A stretch of 32,045 bases of DNA, taken from positions 1-32,045 of the forward strand of contig DASTZT010000561.1 in the NCBI GenBank assembly GCA_035764225.1, read 5' to 3'. The stretch comes from Ktedonobacteraceae bacterium. Lineage in GTDB: Bacteria; Chloroflexota; Ktedonobacteria; Ktedonobacterales; Ktedonobacteraceae. The notes under the pieces were generated by a model. That model was not told where the DNA came from, searched no databases, and was given only the letters and a program-made list of their open reading frames with translations. A program made the translations under genes and the position numbers. Numbering within the stretch: the first letter of the stretch is position 1; each line of letters starts with the position of its first letter. Positions 24,687 through 32,045 of the stretch are shown here, one piece after another.

Positions 24687-25430
24687 TTAGCGTTTGCTCG
24701 CTCTGCGACGGCTAAGCAGAATCAGGCTTAGTATTCCTAGAATCAGAAGCGCCAGCCCCAGAAGCGCCCGTTCTCCTGCGTTATTCAGGTCGATCAAGGG
24801 ATGCACCGGTGTTCCTGAAAGAGGAAAGGCATGCGCTGTCGTTTCAGGTGTCGCAGTCGCACGAGGCGTCACGGCGCGAGGCGTCAGAGTGGTCTGCGGC
24901 GCTGTTTTGGTTGCTAACGCTCCCTGTCCTGTTTGTGACTGATCCTTCGTCGCGGCGGCTGTATTCGCTGGTGCCGAACCGAAAGATGTGGAGGGAGCGG
25001 CGGCGGGATTACCTTGTGCGAAGGGCAGGGCCGTTGAGAGTAAAAAGACGATGCCTAAGACTGCGGCCAGCGTGCTCAGGGTGCGCATCGTTGTGCGCAT
25101 GTAACCGGACCGCGCGCGACGACGAAGCTGGGGAGCAGGCTGGCTATTCAGCCGACCAACGCCGCTATCGCGATGAGCAGAGATTGGTGTCACAACGGCG
25201 TCGCTGACTGGCAGCGTGAAGGAGCGAGGCAAGTGGGGCTGTGGTAGCGCATGAAGTAGTTGCACCGTTTGCCGTAAATCTGCTAACCTGAGTTGGCACT
25301 GTTTACAGGTGTTCAGGTGCTGCTGTGCCTGCTCTTCAGAAGAAAGTTGCCCATCGAGCAGGGCTGATAGCTCTTCAGTGGTCAAATGCCAATCGTTGTG
25401 TGACACGCAGATGCTCCATTTTAGTCTCAA
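24687..25430 (-). CDS. Anti-sigma factor (zf-HC2 type) with two hydrophobic segments
   Basis: The zf-HC2-like motif HLNTCKQCQ is near the N-terminus. The start overlaps the sigma-factor stop (TTGA). Features are a TM at ~115-140, a Thr/Pro/Ala-rich low-complexity region, and a second hydrophobic helix plus RRRASKR at the C-terminus. The start codon (TTG 25430) is uncertain. Confidence 0.7.
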   Translation of the reverse strand: MRLKWSICVSHNDWHLTTEELSALLDGQLSSEEQAQQHLNTCKQCQLRLADLRQTVQLLHALPQPHLPRSFTLPVSDAVVTPISAHRDSGVGRLNSQPAPQLRRRARSGYMRTTMRTLSTLAAVLGIVFLLSTALPFAQGNPAAAPSTSFGSAPANTAAATKDQSQTGQGALATKTAPQTTLTPRAVTPRATATPETTAHAFPLSGTPVHPLIDLNNAGERALLGLALLILGILSLILLSRRRASKR

Positions 25431-26065
25431 TCGTTACTATTGGTTAGACGATAGTCGCGTGGTAAAAGTTCCCTGTGTTGATACAAATAGTTTCGTAAGC
25501 GTGCCCGCCCACGCGAGATGCGAGAGCGTACTGTCCCCAGCGATGTCTGGGTCGTCTCGGCCACCTCTTCATAGGAAAACCCCTCTATATCACAGAGTAC
25601 CACAGCCACGCGTTGATCGAGGGGAAGCTGCTCTAGTCCTTGTTGAATCAGCGCCTGTAATTCCTGGGCAAGCAGATTCTCTTCGGGATTGCCTTCCAGG
25701 CCGGTTGTTGCCAGTGAACTGAGCAGGCCGGGAGAGTGTGGCTCATCCTCTTCTGTCAGGGCTTCCAGGGAATCGGCGGGATGGCGCTGGAGGCGTCGCC
25801 AGTGGTCACAGGTCATATTCGAGCCGATACGCAGCAACCAGGCGCGAAAGGAGGAGCCGCCGCGATAGCTCTGAATGTTGCGAAAGGCAGCTATAAAGGC
25901 GTCCTGCGTGATATCGGCAGCGACATCATAGTCTCCAAGCATGCGATAGACGGTGCTATAGAGCGTTTGCTGATAATGCAAAACGAGCTGATTAAAGGCA
26001 TGAACATCCCCCTGCTGACTGCGGGAGATAAGCGCCTCCTCATCGTCTCGCGCAAGTTTGCTCAT
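25427..26065 (-). CDS. ECF-type sigma-70 family RNA polymerase sigma factor
   Basis: Region 2 is DITQDAFIAAFRNIQSYRG...FRAWLLRIGSNMTCDHWR. Region 4 is LPLDQRVAVVLCDIEGFSYEEVAETTQTSLGTVRSRISRGRARL. ATG 26065 follows GAGG and is preferred over TTG 26104. Confidence 0.88.
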   Translation of the reverse strand: MSKLARDDEEALISRSQQGDVHAFNQLVLHYQQTLYSTVYRMLGDYDVAADITQDAFIAAFRNIQSYRGGSSFRAWLLRIGSNMTCDHWRRLQRHPADSLEALTEEDEPHSPGLLSSLATTGLEGNPEENLLAQELQALIQQGLEQLPLDQRVAVVLCDIEGFSYEEVAETTQTSLGTVRSRISRGRARLRNYLYQHRELLPRDYRLTNSND

Positions 26066-26190
26066 CTGCTGCCTCGCTTTTGTACTGTTTGAGCAAGTAT
26101 ACAACTAAATAGGATAGGTGTCTATTTCTCAGTTGCGGCTCATAAACTGGCTCTAGATGTGCCCTCATAGGGTTTTTAGCATAGTAATGC

Positions 26191-28095
26191 TTACAACAAC
26201 GCCTGGATATCTTTCTTCAAAGCTTCATAGCTCTGGTAGCGAGCCGTATTATCCTCCATCAAGGCGCGGCTCAGGATGATTTCTAACCCTTGTGAAACGT
26301 GGGGGTTGAGCATGCGAACGGGGGGGTATGATGGATAGTGCGGGGGCGTAACGTTGGTCAGGGCGTGGTGCATGGTGGCGGCCAGGGCGTAGATGCAGGT
26401 GCGCTGGTCGTAGGGTTTGTCCTGCACGGGCAGGTAGGGCGAGAGAATCAACTTGCGCGTGGTGCGGCTGCGTCGCTCGATGCGCGTGGTCGATGGCGCG
26501 GGCGGAATCTGGAAGCCGGTCAGAAAGGCGCGTTTGCGCTTGCCCTCAATCACAATATTTGCGGGCGAGATGTCGTAATGGCGCAAGAGCGGTTTGGAAC
26601 GTTCCAGAGCCATCAGCACATTGAGGATCGAGTTCATGTGGCCGAGCACTTCGCTCTCCGGTAACGGCCTGAGCAGTTTGAGCAAGCGTTCCTCCAGCGT
26701 TTCCCCATCGATATAGGTCTGGATGATGTAGTAATGCCTGCCCTCGGCAAAGCGATCAAGTAAAGTCGGGATCAGCGGGTGGTGGATGTGTGTCAGTGGC
26801 TCGGTAGCACGCTCGTAATAGGCGACATCTTTGGCTCGTTGTGCAAGGGGCAGGTCGGTGGACTCCCAGCGTTTGAGCACGATAGATTGTTCGTTTGCCT
26901 GGGCATCTTCGGCTACCGCCGCCATGACATGCGTCTCCTCTGATTGCTTGAGGACGCGCTTGATGGTATAACGTCCCTGGCGTACGCTCACACCGACCAG
27001 CGGGCTATGGAAGACGAGCACTGGGGGAATGGTGAGCCGTCCGCAATTGGTGCAGCAGCGTTGGCCGAAGCGAACAGGGATTTCACAATAAGGGCAGTGG
27101 CGGTTATCGTAATCGGCTCCGCAAAGGGCGCAACGTTGCGCTCCACTACGATTCTGCTGGCCGCAGCGTTGACAGACATAACGTTGCAGGGCTATCTCGA
27201 CCGCTTTGGCGTAGCTCTCGGCAAACTCCATAATGCTGCGGTAACGCTGGCGATAATCTTTTGCCAGTGCGCGTTGCAACACCGCCACGACCTCAACGGG
27301 AATGCGTGGATTCCATTGCTGGGGTGAGGGTGGTGGCTCTTTCAGATGCGCGTTCCACATCTCTTCCAGACGTTTGTAAGCAAAGGGCGTGCGACCTGTG
27401 AGCAGCTCGTAGCAGCAGATGGCGAGGGCGTACTGGTCGGAATCGCGGCGCGGGTTGCCCTGCCATTGCTCAGGAGGCATATATGCAGCTGTACCCGTTA
27501 CTTCTCCCAGCGAGGCATGGGTCTGCATCCCCAGATAGAAGGTGGTGCCAAAATCGGAGAGCAAGACCTGTCCATTGCGCCCGATGAGCAGATTTCCCGG
27601 CTTGACATCCTGATGGACCAGCCCATTGGTGTGTACATAATGCAGCGCGTCGGCGGCTTGCTGAATGTAGGGTACGAGTTCTTCGGCGAAGGCCAGCCGC
27701 TTGCTGCCATCCGACTTGCGGAACAGATCGAGGATCGTCTGCGGGGCGTACTCCATTACCAGGTATGGCTGTTCGCTGCCTTCTACCTGCCCGAAGTTAT
27801 AGACAGGCAAGATATTGGGATGTTGCATCGTGGCGATGCGTCGTGCTTCCTGAAAAAAGCTGGCCTGGGCTTTCTCGTTAAACTGGTCGAGGCGTAGTAC
27901 TTTCAGGGCGAGGATGCGGCTGAGCGGCATTGGTTCGCGCACTTTGTAGACATAGCCGTAGCTGCCTGCGCCAATAAAGGAAACGACCTCGTAAATACCA
28001 ACCTGTGCTCCCTGAATCAAAAAATCGCAGCGTTGACAGCTAATAGCTTTCTCCGGGTTATCGTGTCCTCCTCGTGGGTTCAGGCAGCGGGCCAC
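26191..28095 (-). CDS. Cytoplasmic Hanks-type Ser/Thr kinase fused to a double zinc ribbon and a second kinase-like (pseudokinase) domain
   Basis: The N-terminal Cys pair region (C..x15..CQRC) comes first. The kinase domain is intact: G-loop GAGSYGYVY, ALKV, HQDVKPGN (non-RD), DFG, PPEQ. Next is CQRCG..x9..CALCG..x7..CPYC..x9..CCTNCG. A second domain has VLKRW, HYDISPAN and TGF instead of DFG. No TM segment. GTG start. Confidence 0.85.
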   Translation of the reverse strand: MARCLNPRGGHDNPEKAISCQRCDFLIQGAQVGIYEVVSFIGAGSYGYVYKVREPMPLSRILALKVLRLDQFNEKAQASFFQEARRIATMQHPNILPVYNFGQVEGSEQPYLVMEYAPQTILDLFRKSDGSKRLAFAEELVPYIQQAADALHYVHTNGLVHQDVKPGNLLIGRNGQVLLSDFGTTFYLGMQTHASLGEVTGTAAYMPPEQWQGNPRRDSDQYALAICCYELLTGRTPFAYKRLEEMWNAHLKEPPPSPQQWNPRIPVEVVAVLQRALAKDYRQRYRSIMEFAESYAKAVEIALQRYVCQRCGQQNRSGAQRCALCGADYDNRHCPYCEIPVRFGQRCCTNCGRLTIPPVLVFHSPLVGVSVRQGRYTIKRVLKQSEETHVMAAVAEDAQANEQSIVLKRWESTDLPLAQRAKDVAYYERATEPLTHIHHPLIPTLLDRFAEGRHYYIIQTYIDGETLEERLLKLLRPLPESEVLGHMNSILNVLMALERSKPLLRHYDISPANIVIEGKRKRAFLTGFQIPPAPSTTRIERRSRTTRKLILSPYLPVQDKPYDQRTCIYALAATMHHALTNVTPPHYPSYPPVRMLNPHVSQGLEIILSRALMEDNTARYQSYEALKKDIQALL

Positions 28096-28282
28096 GTATT
28101 CTATCCTACCTCTTCTCAGTTTTGTCGCGCTAGCGAGTGAGAGCCGTTACTCTCACATGTTCATGTACGTCCGGGCGGGCTTGTAGGTTACGAATGTGCT
28201 TTGTCAGGTGATTTTATATGGAAATGAAGGCGGTGACAAGAGAGGATTGGTTTTTCGTATTGGGAAGGCATGTCTTCCTCTA

Positions 28283-28771
28283 TCAAGTTGCGGCATTCGT
28301 TGAAGTATTGTACTGATATTCTCTGTCCCCTTCTGTTATATAAATGGAGACATCGATGTCTAACGGTCCAAGATAGTGAGCCATGAGAGGGCCGACTGCA
28401 TCCCATGAGAGTTTGCCGTTTTTCGTTCCCAGCTTTGGAAACGCGATGCTTGTAATACCATCTTTCTTATAGTTACCGACAAAATACGTCAGTCCCTGTT
28501 CCAGGTATTCTAGCTTTGAATTGGCTTTCCAGCTATCTTTTGTGGGAAAGTTCAAAATCCAGGGAGTGCTTTTTGTATAGAGCGTTGGTCTGCCAATGCA
28601 TAGCTCGCCAGTCTTACACTCTCGCTGATAGGTGAGAAACATATCCGGGTATCGCTGTTTAAATGCCAGTGCCAGCCCTTTCCCCATAACGCCCTGACAG
28701 TTCACTGGATTCACGATTACCTGAGCGGGCGATGTAAAAATATCGCCTTGTAGATACTGTATGTGTGGCAT
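28283..28771 (-). CDS. Stand-alone macrodomain protein of the DarG / TARG1-like class (ADP-ribose binding or ADP-ribosyl hydrolase)
   Basis: 162 aa. The translation reads GDIFTSPAQVIVNPVNCQGVMGKGLALAFKQRYP...ILNFPTKDSWKANSKLEYLEQGL...ITSIAFPKLGTKNGKLSWDAV. This matches my memory of the DarG macrodomain, (GNLL..ALVNTVN..GVMGKG.AL.FK...P...NFPTK.HW...S....I..GL......SIA.P.LG.G.GGL.W..V). Confidence 0.75.
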   Translation of the reverse strand: MPHIQYLQGDIFTSPAQVIVNPVNCQGVMGKGLALAFKQRYPDMFLTYQRECKTGELCIGRPTLYTKSTPWILNFPTKDSWKANSKLEYLEQGLTYFVGNYKKDGITSIAFPKLGTKNGKLSWDAVGPLMAHYLGPLDIDVSIYITEGDREYQYNTSTNAAT

Positions 28772-28796
28772 AAGCGGCCCCTAAAATGTTTCATAC

Positions 28797-28833
28797 AGAC
28801 GAAAGCGAGGAACGCCATAACAGCGTCCCTCGC
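28797..28833 (-). terminator. Probable terminator hairpin after sufB
   Basis: On the minus strand, GCGAGGGACGC / GCGTTCCTCGC forms an 11-bp stem with one mismatch, followed by TTTCGT. It starts about 30 nt after the sufB stop. Confidence 0.45.
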
Positions 28834-28862
28834 TCACAACGTTTCGTATATTGATGATCGAT

Positions 28863-30263
28863 TTAACCCACGCTGCCCGACATTTCCAACTGGATCAGGC
28901 GGTTGAGTTCGACCGCGTACTCCATCGGGAGTTCTTTAGTGATCGGCTCGATGAAGCCGTTGACGATCAGCGAGTAGGCTTCGGACTCGTCCAGGCCACG
29001 GCTCATCAGGTAGAAGAGCTGGTCCTCGCCAACCTTCGAGACGGTGGCCTCGTGGCCAATCTCAGTCTGATTCTCTTCGACGCGAATGGTCGGGTAGGTG
29101 TCGGTGCGGGCGTTCTCGTCGAGCAGCAGCGCATCACAGCGAACGCTCGATTTTGTATGGTGCGCACCCGGATTGATGCGCACCAGGCCGCGATAGGAGG
29201 CTCGCCCTGTACCCTTCGAGACCGACTTCGAGAGAATCTGCGAGGTCGTATGCGGGGCAAGGTGGGTAACTTTCGCACCCGCATCCTGGTGCATGCCATC
29301 ATTGGCGAAAGCGACCGAGAGAATGTCGCCGCGTGCGCCCGGCTCCATCAGCAGGACGGCGGGGTACTTCATAGTGATTTTTGAGCCCAAATTGCCATCG
29401 ACCCATTCCATTGTGGCGTCTCGATAGGCGGCGGCGCGTTTCGTTACGAGGTTGTACACGTTCTTCGACCAGTTCTGGATCGTCGTGTAGCGCACGCGTG
29501 CGCCCTCTTTGACCTTGATTTCGACAACGGCGCTATGGAGGCTATCGCTAGTATAAGTTGGGGCGGTACATCCTTCTACATAATGAATGTAAGACCCAGG
29601 TTCAGCAATAATCAATGTGCGTTCGAACTGGCCCATGTTCTTGGCGTTGATGCGGAAGTACGCCTGTAATGGGATTTCTACACGCACGTTGGCTGGTACG
29701 TAGACGAAGCTGCCACCGCTCCAGACGGCGCTGTTGAGCGAGGCGAACTTATTATCGGAGGGCGGGATGACGGTGCCGAAGTGCTCCTTCACGATATCGG
29801 GATACTCGCGCAAGGCTGTATCCATATCGGTGAAGATAACGCCCAGCTTCTCCAGATCTTCGCGCACTTTATGGTAAACGGCCTCGCTCTCGTACTGGGC
29901 CGTGACGCCTGCTAGATATTTCTGCTCGGCCTGTGGGATGCCCAGGCGGTCAAAGGTATCTTTGATCTCGGATGGGATATCTTCCCATGTTTTGCCCTGT
30001 TGGGGAACTGGCTTGATATAGTAATAGATATCGTCGAAGTTGATACCCGACAGGTCCGCGCCCCAGGTCGGCATTGGGCGCTTTTCAAAGAGGTCAAAGC
30101 TTTTCAGGCGGAACTGCCGCATCCAATCGGGTTCGCCCTTCATCTCGGAGATCTGCTCAACGATCTTCCTGCTCAGCCCTTTCTCGGACTTAAATGTATA
30201 GTTCTCAGCGACGTGGAACCCAGGACTGTAAGCATCCCGTTCCAGCTCAAATGCCTGACTCAT
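28863..30263 (-). CDS. sufB: Fe-S cluster assembly scaffold protein SufB
   Basis: 466 aa, typical SufB sequence throughout (…[13 protein letters not shown]…, …YVEGCTAP…, …LFYLMSRGL…). GGAG RBS. Confidence 0.95.
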   Translation of the reverse strand: MSQAFELERDAYSPGFHVAENYTFKSEKGLSRKIVEQISEMKGEPDWMRQFRLKSFDLFEKRPMPTWGADLSGINFDDIYYYIKPVPQQGKTWEDIPSEIKDTFDRLGIPQAEQKYLAGVTAQYESEAVYHKVREDLEKLGVIFTDMDTALREYPDIVKEHFGTVIPPSDNKFASLNSAVWSGGSFVYVPANVRVEIPLQAYFRINAKNMGQFERTLIIAEPGSYIHYVEGCTAPTYTSDSLHSAVVEIKVKEGARVRYTTIQNWSKNVYNLVTKRAAAYRDATMEWVDGNLGSKITMKYPAVLLMEPGARGDILSVAFANDGMHQDAGAKVTHLAPHTTSQILSKSVSKGTGRASYRGLVRINPGAHHTKSSVRCDALLLDENARTDTYPTIRVEENQTEIGHEATVSKVGEDQLFYLMSRGLDESEAYSLIVNGFIEPITKELPMEYAVELNRLIQLEMSGSVG

Positions 30264-30484
30264 TAGCTCACTCCACTTGTTAGGTGTTGTCTATGACTTT
30301 TTACACAGAAAGTCAGTTTTTTGCTTTAATCCTTAGTTCTGAACTCGGATTTACTGTTATTATATGGCCTTTGCGAGCTATTGTCAAGGAACGGACCGCG
30401 CAACGGCTGACTTTATGGCTGCCGAAGTGCTCTTGTTTGCAATGGCATCAAACTGGGGAAGTGCTAGACAGCTCTGAAAAATGC

Positions 30485-30514
30485 TTGACATGGGCTGATG
30501 GAACTTGCTATTAT
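30485..30514 (+). promoter_or_regulatory. Sigma-70-type promoter for the tRNA-Arg gene
   Basis: TTGACA (30485-30490), 18-nt spacer, TATTAT (30509-30514), about 55 nt upstream of the tRNA. Confidence 0.5.
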
Positions 30515-30568
30515 GGTCACGTCATTCGTTATATAAGTAACAAATGGGGTGCTCTAGTATCTTATCAA

Positions 30569-30641
30569 GCGCCCATAGCTCAGTGGATAGAGCAATGGTC
30601 TTCTAAACCATTGGCCGCAGGTTCGAGTCCTGCTGGGCGCG
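30569..30641 (+). tRNA. tRNA-Arg (anticodon UCU)
   Basis: Hand-folded cloverleaf: GCGCCCA|TA|GCTC|AGTGGATA|GAGC|A|ATGGT|CTTCTAA|ACCAT|TGGCC|GCAGG|TTCGAGT|CCTGC|TGGGCGC|G. 73 nt, with no encoded CCA. Confidence 0.92.
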
Positions 30642-30648
30642 CCTATTC

Positions 30649-30677
30649 AACCCGCTTCTAAAGCGGGTTTACTTTTT
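30649..30677 (+). terminator. Terminator after tRNA-Arg
   Basis: AACCCGCT (30649-30656) pairs with AGCGGGTT (30662-30669), followed by TACTTTTT. Confidence 0.7.
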
Positions 30678-30884
30678 GGCCCTCGTCTCTGGATCAGCAT
30701 TTTACAACGAGCCGCAGCCAGTTCAATAGCCAGGGGTAATCCATCGCTCATTATCGGACGCGATGCAAGCGGGTCGGTACGAAGGTTTCAGCATCTTTTT
30801 CAGAGGGCTTGACGATAGCACAGCACCTATACTATCCTGCTTCTATCGGTTTTGAGATCCCTGACATCATAAAGGAGCGAATAT

Positions 30885-31952
30885 ATGATTAAGCCCTACA
30901 CTGCCGTCGGACTCATTCCCACCGTGCGAGGCATTCGCACACGCGCCGATATCAAACGCAACATCGAACACCTGGAGCACCTCGTCAAGGCAGCTTCCTG
31001 GCTCTCCAGCCTCGACCTCCCCGTGCGTCTGATCGCCTTCCCTGAGGGCGCGCTTCAGGCCTTTAACGACGAGGTGCTCGACCTCGATCACGTCCAGTTC
31101 GCCCGCGAGTGCGCCATCGACATCCCTGGCGAAGAGACCGAAGCTCTGGGCAAACTGGCCCGCACCTACAACGCCTTCATCATGGCCCAGGCCAAAGCCC
31201 GCCACCCCGAAATCAAAGACCGTTTCTTCAATGTGGGCTTTATCCTCAATCCGCAGGGCGAGGTGATTTTGCAGCACTACAAGGTCTCGCCGCTCTTCCC
31301 CGTCGAGCATTCCGTCTGCCCCCATGATATTTACGACTGGTGGATCGAAAGATATGGACGCAACCTCGACGCCTTCTGGCCTGTGGTCGATACGGAGATC
31401 GGGCGGCTGGGCATTATGATGGCGAACGAGGGTTCCTATCCAGAAAACGCTCGCGCCCTGGCCATGAACGGGGCCGAAGTGGTCTATCGCGCCTCGTATC
31501 CTCACCCGGCCACCGGCAACGATATTTTCGAGATCCAGAGCCGTGCCCGTGCGCTCGACAACAACATGTACATCGTCGCCCCCAATATGGGCACCTATTA
31601 TCTTTTCCCAGAGGAAGACACGCCCATCGACACCTTCGGAGGCCGCTCCTTCATCATCAATTACAAGGGGCAGATTGTGGGCAAGCAGGACTATGGGGCA
31701 GGCTCAACCTATGTGGGTGGCGTGATCGACATCGAGGCCCTACGCGATCATCGCGCCCGTGCTCAGTGGGATAACTGGATGAAGGATCTACGCACCGAAC
31801 TCTACCAGATGCTCTACGAGCAACCAATCTACCCTAAAAACCTCTATCTCGACCGCGCTCCCATGAAGCACGCCGAGTACCGCGAAAAGGTGATCCAGAA
31901 ACAGATCGAGCTGATGCACGAACGCGGCATCTGGGCCAAACCCGAACGCTAA
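30885..31952 (+). CDS. Carbon-nitrogen hydrolase superfamily protein, aliphatic amidase/formamidase (AmiE/AmiF)-like, with the nucleophile Cys position occupied by Ala
   Basis: AAAGGAG RBS, 355 aa. AFPEG (catalytic Glu), IDIPGEETE, HYKVSPLFP (Lys) and AMNGAEVVYR align with my memory of AmiE (FPEYS, AIPGEETE, KYRKIIPW, AMKGAELIVR). The AmiE motif IICDDGNYPE reads MMANEGSYPE here. Confidence 0.8.
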   Translation: MIKPYTAVGLIPTVRGIRTRADIKRNIEHLEHLVKAASWLSSLDLPVRLIAFPEGALQAFNDEVLDLDHVQFARECAIDIPGEETEALGKLARTYNAFIMAQAKARHPEIKDRFFNVGFILNPQGEVILQHYKVSPLFPVEHSVCPHDIYDWWIERYGRNLDAFWPVVDTEIGRLGIMMANEGSYPENARALAMNGAEVVYRASYPHPATGNDIFEIQSRARALDNNMYIVAPNMGTYYLFPEEDTPIDTFGGRSFIINYKGQIVGKQDYGAGSTYVGGVIDIEALRDHRARAQWDNWMKDLRTELYQMLYEQPIYPKNLYLDRAPMKHAEYREKVIQKQIELMHERGIWAKPER

Positions 31953-32045
31953 CGAACGCAGGGGCAAGTGGTTCTGGACCGCCTGATGCTCACTAACAAA
32001 TGCTACTGGTCATCCCTGCGGCGACCGACCATCCCTGTGGCGGGG

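Noticed and set aside
28096-28282. Search for a DarT-like toxin or other partner gene flanking the macrodomain.
   Set aside because: There is no ORF of adequate length. Only the 27-aa mini-ORF (reported separately at low interest) and a 72-aa out-of-frame ORF overlapping the macrodomain 3' end are present.
30284-30661. 125-aa ORF spanning the sufB-tRNA intergenic region.
   Set aside because: It runs straight through the tRNA-Arg gene and its promoter. The translation is featureless.
30569-30884. tRNA-Arg as an integration site for a genomic island or prophage.
   Set aside because: There is no integrase gene, and I found no direct repeat of the tRNA 3' end downstream in the window. The next gene is an ordinary hydrolase 240 bp away.
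30867-31505. 212-aa antisense ORF opposite the C-N hydrolase gene. Similar shadow ORFs occur at 22329-23315, 15942-16940, 28851-29384, 1322-1840, 9084-9533 and 27346-27897.
   Set aside because: They lie antisense to genes with clear family signatures. They are rich in Arg/Gly/His as expected for antisense frames of GC-rich coding DNA, and they have no RBS or recognisable motifs.
32011-32042. 13-bp direct repeat CATCCCTG(C/T)GGCG, present twice with a 19-bp period at the window edge, preceded by GGGGCAAG reminiscent of the palindromic repeat.
   Set aside because: It is too short, has only two copies, and is truncated by the end of the window. It cannot be interpreted without downstream sequence.

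Overview
This 32-kb window looks like a chromosomal segment from a moderately GC-rich bacterium. Two Hanks-type kinases, an XRE HTH N-module and DUF1385 make me guess Chloroflexota / Ktedonobacteria-like, but that is low-confidence inference.

Most of the window is ordinary housekeeping. It includes purB, type-2 IPP isomerase, mobA, rpmE, sufB, tRNA-Arg(UCU), an HtrA protease, a ThiO-like oxidase and an MGDG-synthase-like glycosyltransferase. It also includes DUF1385, a HAD hydrolase, an ECF sigma/anti-sigma pair and a convergent dipeptide-epimerase / DUF1611 pair.

I found no complete, recognisable novel multi-gene system. Several local oddities stand out:
1. A low-GC ~1 kb cassette sits between the epimerase and DUF1611 genes. 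It carries an orphan HTH, a 51-aa Gly/Ala/Cys-rich hydrophobic peptide missing from the ORF track, and a small 3-TM protein. This could be a bacteriocin/immunity or membrane-toxin module.
2. A low-GC islet holds an orphan DarG/TARG1-like macrodomain gene between sufB and a kinase gene, with no DarT partner.
3. Two copies of a GC-rich, G-run-rich palindromic repeat element bracket the ThiO-like gene.
4. A receptor-type Hanks kinase has degenerate catalytic motifs (HGN, DFA).
5. A cytoplasmic protein combines a kinase, a double zinc ribbon and a pseudokinase-like domain.
6. An AmiE/AmiF-like C-N hydrolase has Ala in place of the nucleophile Cys.

All functional calls come from motif reading of the translations. 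No database search was run.
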